39,566 bases of DNA, taken from assembly GCF_001194135.2 (NCBI RefSeq), contig NC_068996.1:47565376-47604941 (forward strand), written 5' to 3'. The notes below the pieces were generated by a model, which was not told the origin of the DNA, made no database searches, and was given only the letters and a program-made list of their open reading frames with translations. This document shows positions 34,305 to 39,566 of this stretch, piece by piece. A program made the position numbers and the translations under genes. Numbering within the stretch: the first letter of the stretch is position 1; every line of letters begins with the position of its first letter. The DNA is from Octopus bimaculoides (Eukaryota).

Positions 34305-34560
34305 CAAGGAAGGTATTAGAGGCAGGATCTGGCCAATTTAGACATAAAATATGTAGAATGTTTAGACTGGACATGGTCAGTTTAAGTGCTAAAATGTTAA
34401 AGTCCACATTAGATGTACAGTCTTGAAATAAGCCATGAGATTATTATTTCTTTTTAACCTTTTAATTCTGAGATTAATCTGGCAAAAGTAATGCTTATTT
34501 ATTCACCTTGTTTTGGATTAATCAGGCATTATCTAGTAATCTTGAGATTTCGATGTGATT

Positions 34561-34892
34561 ATTTCGAGCGTGGCCGTTGCCAGTAAGACATTCGAGCGAG
34601 ATCGTTGCCAGTGCCGATGGACTGGCTCCTGTGCAGATGGCACATAAAATATACCATTTCGAGCATGGCCGTCGCCAGTACCACCTGACTGGTCCTCGTG
34701 CCGGTGGCACGTAAAAGCACCCACTACACTCTCGGAGTGGTTGGCGTTAGGAAGGGCATCCAGCTGTAGAAACTCTACCAAATCAGATTGGAGCCTGGTG
34801 TAGCCATCTGATTTGCCAGTTCTCAGTCAAATCGTCCAACCCATGCTAGCATGGAAAGCGGACGTTAAACGACGACGATGATGATGATGATG
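34561..34892 (+). mobile_element. SINE family E nested in MITE 3
   Basis: Ends GGACGTTAAACGAC(GAT)n. Confidence 0.9.
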
Positions 34893-35329
34893 CTTATATT
34901 TAGAATGACGATTGTTTATATTTAGAATGATGATTGTAAGGTAGGCATGTGAGGCTGGATCTGACCAGTTTGAGCATAAAACAAGTAGAATATTTAGGCC
35001 ATGGTAATAACCAGTTTAAATGTTAAAGGTTTAAGGGAAAAACCTATTAAATAATATAGTCTTGCACATAATGTTTTTGATCATAGGCAGACCTGATTGA
35101 CTGAAAAATGACATGGGGCTAAACAGCAACAAAAACAAACATCTCCGACAACATCAACCAAAAATAAGCCAGTGGTGGAATCTCTAGCTACTAGAAATAT
35201 CAACCAAATCTCCTTCGTATCATGCCTCATCATCTTAAAAGAAGGATAGGACACATCTGACAATAGTCCTAAATGCTTCTTATAAGGACAGGATGGTCAT
35301 AGGTGGAATGCACTTAAACATATAGGTAC

Positions 35330-35490
35330 AGGTGTGGCTGTGTGGTAAGAAGTTTGCTTCCCGACCACATGGTTCTAAGTTCAGTGTCACTATGTAGCAC
35401 CTTCAGCAAGTGTTTTCTGCTATAGTCAAGGGCTGACCAAAGCCTTATAAATGGATTTGGTAGATGGAAACTGATAGAAGCTCATTGTTG
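35330..35490 (+). mobile_element. SINE family B, 5' half
   Basis: GTGGCTGTGTGGTAAGAAG head, directly upstream of a full copy. Confidence 0.8.
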
Positions 35491-35501
35491 TATATATATA
35501 T

Positions 35502-35986
35502 AGGCGTAGGAGTGGCTGTGTGGCAAGTAGCTTGCTTACCAACCACATGGTTCCGGGTTCAGTCCCACTGTGTGGCACCTTGGGCAAGTGTCTTCTATTA
35601 TAGCCTCGGGCCGACCAAAGCCTTGTGAGTGGATTTGGTAGAAGGAAACTGAAAGAAGCCCGTCGTGTATATATATATATATATNNNNNNNNNNNNNNNN
35701 NNNNNNNNNNNNNNNNNNNNNNNNNNNNNNNNNNNNNNNNNNNNNNNNNNNNNNNNNNNNNNNNTATATGTATGTGTGTGTATATGTTTGTGTGTCTGTG
35801 TTTGTCCCCCAACATCGCTTGACAACCGATGCTGGTGTGTTTACGTCCCCGTAACTTAGTAGTTCGGCAAAAGAGACCAATAGAATAAGTACTAGGCTTA
35901 CAAAGAATAAGTGCTGGGGTCGATTTGCTCAACTAAAGTCGGTGCTCCAGCATAGCCACAGTCAAATGAGTGAAACAAGTAAAAGA

Positions 35987-35988
<2 letters not shown>
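35502..35988 (+). mobile_element. SINE family B, full length and young; 79-N gap in its internal TA run
   Basis: GGCGTAGGAGTGGCTGTGTGG...GGTTCAGTCCC...GAAACAAGTAAAAGAG; CpGs retained. Confidence 0.92.
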
Positions 35989-36022
<34 letters not shown>

Positions 36023-36029
36023 TTAAATG

Positions 36030-36210
36030 TGTGCGTGTTTATCTCTCACCAACTGGTATTGGTTTGTTTATGTCACTGTAACTTAGCAGTTTGGCAAATG
36101 AGACTAATAAAATAATACTAGGGTTGATTTGTCTGGTTAAAACCCCTTCAAAATGGTGCCCCAGAATATCCATAGTCTAATGATTGAAGCAAGTAAAAGA
36201 TAAAAGATAT
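36030..36210 (+). mobile_element. SINE family B, 3' half
   Basis: GTAACTTAGCAG...GCAAGTAAAAGATAAAAGA tail. Confidence 0.75.
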
Positions 36211-37427
36211 ATATCATATACCTGTTAGATGGGAATAAATCTGCAGGTGTTTGGAAAGGTTAGGGTTAAACAAACAACAACCAACCAGCAAGTATTACTT
36301 CTATTTGGTCACTGTATCTGCAAGAAATAACGACCAAATATCCTTCACATCACTCTCTCTCTCTCTCTTTGTAATACTAGATAAGGAAGTCTTGGCTACT
36401 CTAAAGCAAAACCAACAACAATAAACAATATAAATAAATTCAAAGAAAGAGCGAAGGAGACAGTCATGACTGGAATGTATTTGGACCTCACAGATCTTAC
36501 TAGATCGGAGTTAAACAAGAGATAGGGGTAGGGAGGGGGAACATTGGGTGGTATAATGACAAAAACAACAACAAACAACAACTCTGTACATGTAACAACT
36601 ACACAACAATACTAATAGGTACCAGCAAAGAATAACAAAACTAAAAAAAAAAATAAATAAAAACCAAGCAAAAACAAAAAAAAAATTGACCAAATGCATG
36701 AATAATAAACAAATAAATAAATTAAATAAACAAATAAGTAAAGCATGTGAAAGGTGAGAAGGGTGGGGGTCTCAATGAAAAAATAAAAACAACAGCTTGC
36801 GTTACACATTTCCTTCGTAGTTATCATTAATTCCTGACATATATGTTATTAAACTAATTGCAGACGACAACAGCATCACTACCCCCACATACACAGATAC
36901 ATATATGCACGTACATATACATACATACACATGCATGCCACTAAAGCATCGCGTTTTAGATATTGACATCCTGCACACAATTAACTTCAACGAAACGAAA
37001 TGGAATTGCATTAACTCCCACACAACAATCAATATCTCCAGAGATCAGCTCAAACAAACAACGACAACAAGAACAACAATTACGACAACAGCAACAATGT
37101 AGTTAACCTACAAGGAAGCACATACGGACATGATGGCAAAATTCTAACCACACTAAAATTATGGACAACAATAAATAAATAAATAAATAAATACATAAGG
37201 ACCTTCTTCTAATCATGCTTAAATTATGAACCAGAAGAAAAAGAAATCCTATACAATTGCTAAAAAAATCTATTACAATTGGCCAAACCAAGCAAGGTAC
37301 TTTCTATTTGTTTATCCAGAGCAAATGGCTTAGTAAGTATTGACCCAGTTGTTAAATCAGCTTTCCATGTGGGCATAGGAGTTGTACAATGAGATTTAAC
37401 TTGATGACGACGATAATAATAATAATA

Positions 37428-37459
<32 letters not shown>

Positions 37460-37488
37460 AATCAGAATGATCAATATTAGTTTCTCAC

Positions 37489-37700
37489 CTGGATAATCAA
37501 AGAAAAACGCACAAATCATACACGAACACATCAAATAAACTGCTAACTTGATCTCACTCAGAATTCGCTAATCTGGGACACCAAACTCAGATCTTGGGTA
37601 TTAAATCAGCTCTCCTCTTGGGGACCGACGGGTTTTGCTCAATCAGATTTGATTGGAAAGAAGTGGTGGAGTGGTGAAAGGAGTGGAGGAGGAGCTTGAT
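37489..37700 (-). promoter_or_regulatory. Possible promoter and non-coding first exon of a minus-strand gene
   Basis: TE-free unique sequence; CCAATCAAATCTGATTG on the minus strand (~37645); good donor CAG|GTGAGA at 37489/37488; acceptor cttccttgtAG at 37108/37107. Confidence 0.3.
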
Positions 37701-37772
37701 AGTTGCAATAGAGTTTCTCACAAGAAACAATCATAGACAAAAAATTTTGATTATATATATATATATATAAAT

Positions 37773-37807
<35 letters not shown>

Positions 37808-38206
37808 CACATATATATATAAATATATAAATCATGTATATATATGTATATTAAAAAAAATCACACTTATTTTAGTGCTGTTGACACTGCTGCATTGAAT
37901 TGTACTGCCCAGCTGCCAAAACCATAGTGATATCCGTGGGGTAGCTGATGATGGAGGTATGTTGCATTGTTGGTATGACTGTTTTTCTATGTTGGAATAG
38001 TTTTATAGGATATCCATTTGATATCTATCGATCTATCTATTTATCTATCTATCTATCTATCTATATGTATATATATATTTATATATATATTTTTTTTACG
38101 CCAAAAATTTGGCAAAAGAATATAGTTTATAGGTCATTTTCATTATTATTATTATTATGATAATAAAGTATTTTCGATGGATCAGTTTTGAGCTCTATTT
38201 AAACTT

Positions 38207-38296
<90 letters not shown>

Positions 38297-38309
38297 CAAA
38301 AATTACATA

Positions 38310-39539
38310 CACAGACATTAGAAGTAAATAGACACCACATAAAACATCGTTTTCTGTTTATTCTAACTTGTAAAGGCTTATATTTCTTATTAATTGACAT
38401 TTTTATGTTTCAGATTCTATATGTGACTGTTTATTGAAGCCATGTACAAAAGAAGCCTTGGAACTGTCTGAATTTCAAAGAGGCCATATTGTGGGTCATT
38501 CTGAAGGTGGATATAGTTAGTGTAAAATCGCAGAAAACCTTGGCATCCCGCTTTCTACAGTTAATAGAGTGATTGTGCAATTCATCAGAGAAGGGAAGGA
38601 GTCCACATCACCTTTTCCAGATCAACCAGGGCCCTGTGACAGAACCCTTCTCTTTGCTAAGAGAAATGTGGAGGATAATCCTTGTTGCAAGGCCTCTGAC
38701 ATAGCAGAATAAGTAGATGTCAATCTCAGAACAGCTGTCAGGTATCTCCACATACTTGGTTACTATGGCAGAGCAGGAAGAAGGAATATGAAGTGGAGAA
38801 AAGATTGGGCCAATGAGATGGTGGAGAGGCCATTAACATTTTGGGACACTGTCATATTCTCTGTTGAGTCCAGATTTGCTGTATTTCCTTAACAGTGGTC
38901 GAGTGTGGGTCTGGAGACTCTGTGATCAAGAATTTGATGTGAAAAGATTGCAACCAGCAATGAAACACAGCAGCTATTCTGTGATGGTCTGGGGAACAAT
39001 TTGGAGCAATAGTTGATCAGAGCTGGTGGAGTGTGAAGGAAAGATAAACTCAAATAAATATGTGTCCATATTGCAGAAAGGACTCCTTCCAAACTTCTCC
39101 AGTGGTGAAATGATTAAAGAAGACTCTCTATTTATGGAAGATGGGATTCCTTGTCACATGGTTAAGATGACCCACGATTTGTTGGAAAAGAATGGCATTA
39201 GAAAGCTTCTATAGCCAAGCCAGTCACCAGATATGAACTCTATAGAACACCTCTGGGGCATAATGGACAGGAAATTTCATAAACAGAACAAGAAAACATC
39301 TTCAAAGCCAGATCTCTTGAGATTGTTGCATGGAACTTAGTAAGAAATTCCGCAAGAGAATATTCACAATCTGATCAGTAACATGCCTAATAGGGCCCTT
39401 GCATTGAAAAATGCAAAGAGCATGTCTACTAAATATTAAATGTTCACATTGTAACAACTAACAAATAATTTGAATGTATAATTTCAGATTTAAATAAATT
39501 TTAATGATTATATGGGTGTCTACTTCTTTCATGTTCATG
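38310..39539 (+). mobile_element. Full-length, inactivated Tc1 DNA transposon (DD34E), ~1.23 kb
   Basis: TA at both ends; degenerate TIRs sharing ACAT..AGAAG..TAGACACC; AATAAA at ~39493; transposase remnant inside. Confidence 0.88.
38442..39439 (+). pseudogene. Tc1 transposase remnant
   Basis: ELSEFQRGHIVG...[12 protein letters not shown] (HTH); IFSVESRF (first D mutated to V); SVMVWG; FMEDG-x34-E (*PSQSPDMNSIEHLW); ends MSTKY*. Multiple stops and frameshifts. Confidence 0.93.
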
Positions 39540-39566
39540 TATATATATATATATATATATATATAT

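Larger units (their letters stand above)
33230..35030. mobile_element. Tandem array of three piggyBac-type MITEs (33230-33886, 33949-34396, 34458-35030) with duplicated spacers
   Basis: CCCTTTAG-like left and AAGGG-like right ends; TTAA at 33887, 33945, 34397, 34454 and 35031; near-identical spacers at 33891-33944 and 34401-34453. Confidence 0.8.

Noticed and set aside
35426-35932. ORFs of 64-168 aa spanning the second gap
   Set aside because: SINE B sequence plus N run.
38442-39439. Active or domesticated Tc1 transposase
   Set aside because: Multiple stops and frameshifts, and the first catalytic D is mutated.

Overview
Eukaryotic, AT-rich, repeat-saturated genomic DNA with two assembly gaps (15271-16230 and 35685-35763). 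The SINE families and the TA/CA/GA/ATT microsatellite landscape look like an octopus (cephalopod) genome; this is inferred from recalled repeat families, not from a search. No intact protein-coding gene can be supported; most listed ORFs are microsatellite, SINE or N-gap artefacts. The window holds a layered TE record: an internally deleted DD37D (maT) mariner, an internally deleted Helitron, an RLE-type (R4/Dong-like) LINE fragment, two Penelope-like (GIY-YIG) fragments, an RTE fragment, a probable solo LTR, a full-length but dead Tc1 (DD34E), hAT, pogo/Tigger and piggyBac MITEs, and about 35 SINE copies from several families. SINE family letters A-F used here are my own labels. The most interesting signals are three hammerhead-ribozyme motifs. 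One has an intact core (7933-7987), one has a single core substitution (18923-18960), and one is degenerate and sits inside a fold-back element with a tRNA-derived head (26330-26665). Also notable are a tandem piggyBac-MITE array in which each unit carries a different SINE at almost the same position, and a 210-bp coding-like insert flanked by a 9-bp target-site duplication inside a SINE. A few isolated, well-formed candidate exons and a possible minus-strand 5' gene end near 37.5 kb are reported at low confidence.
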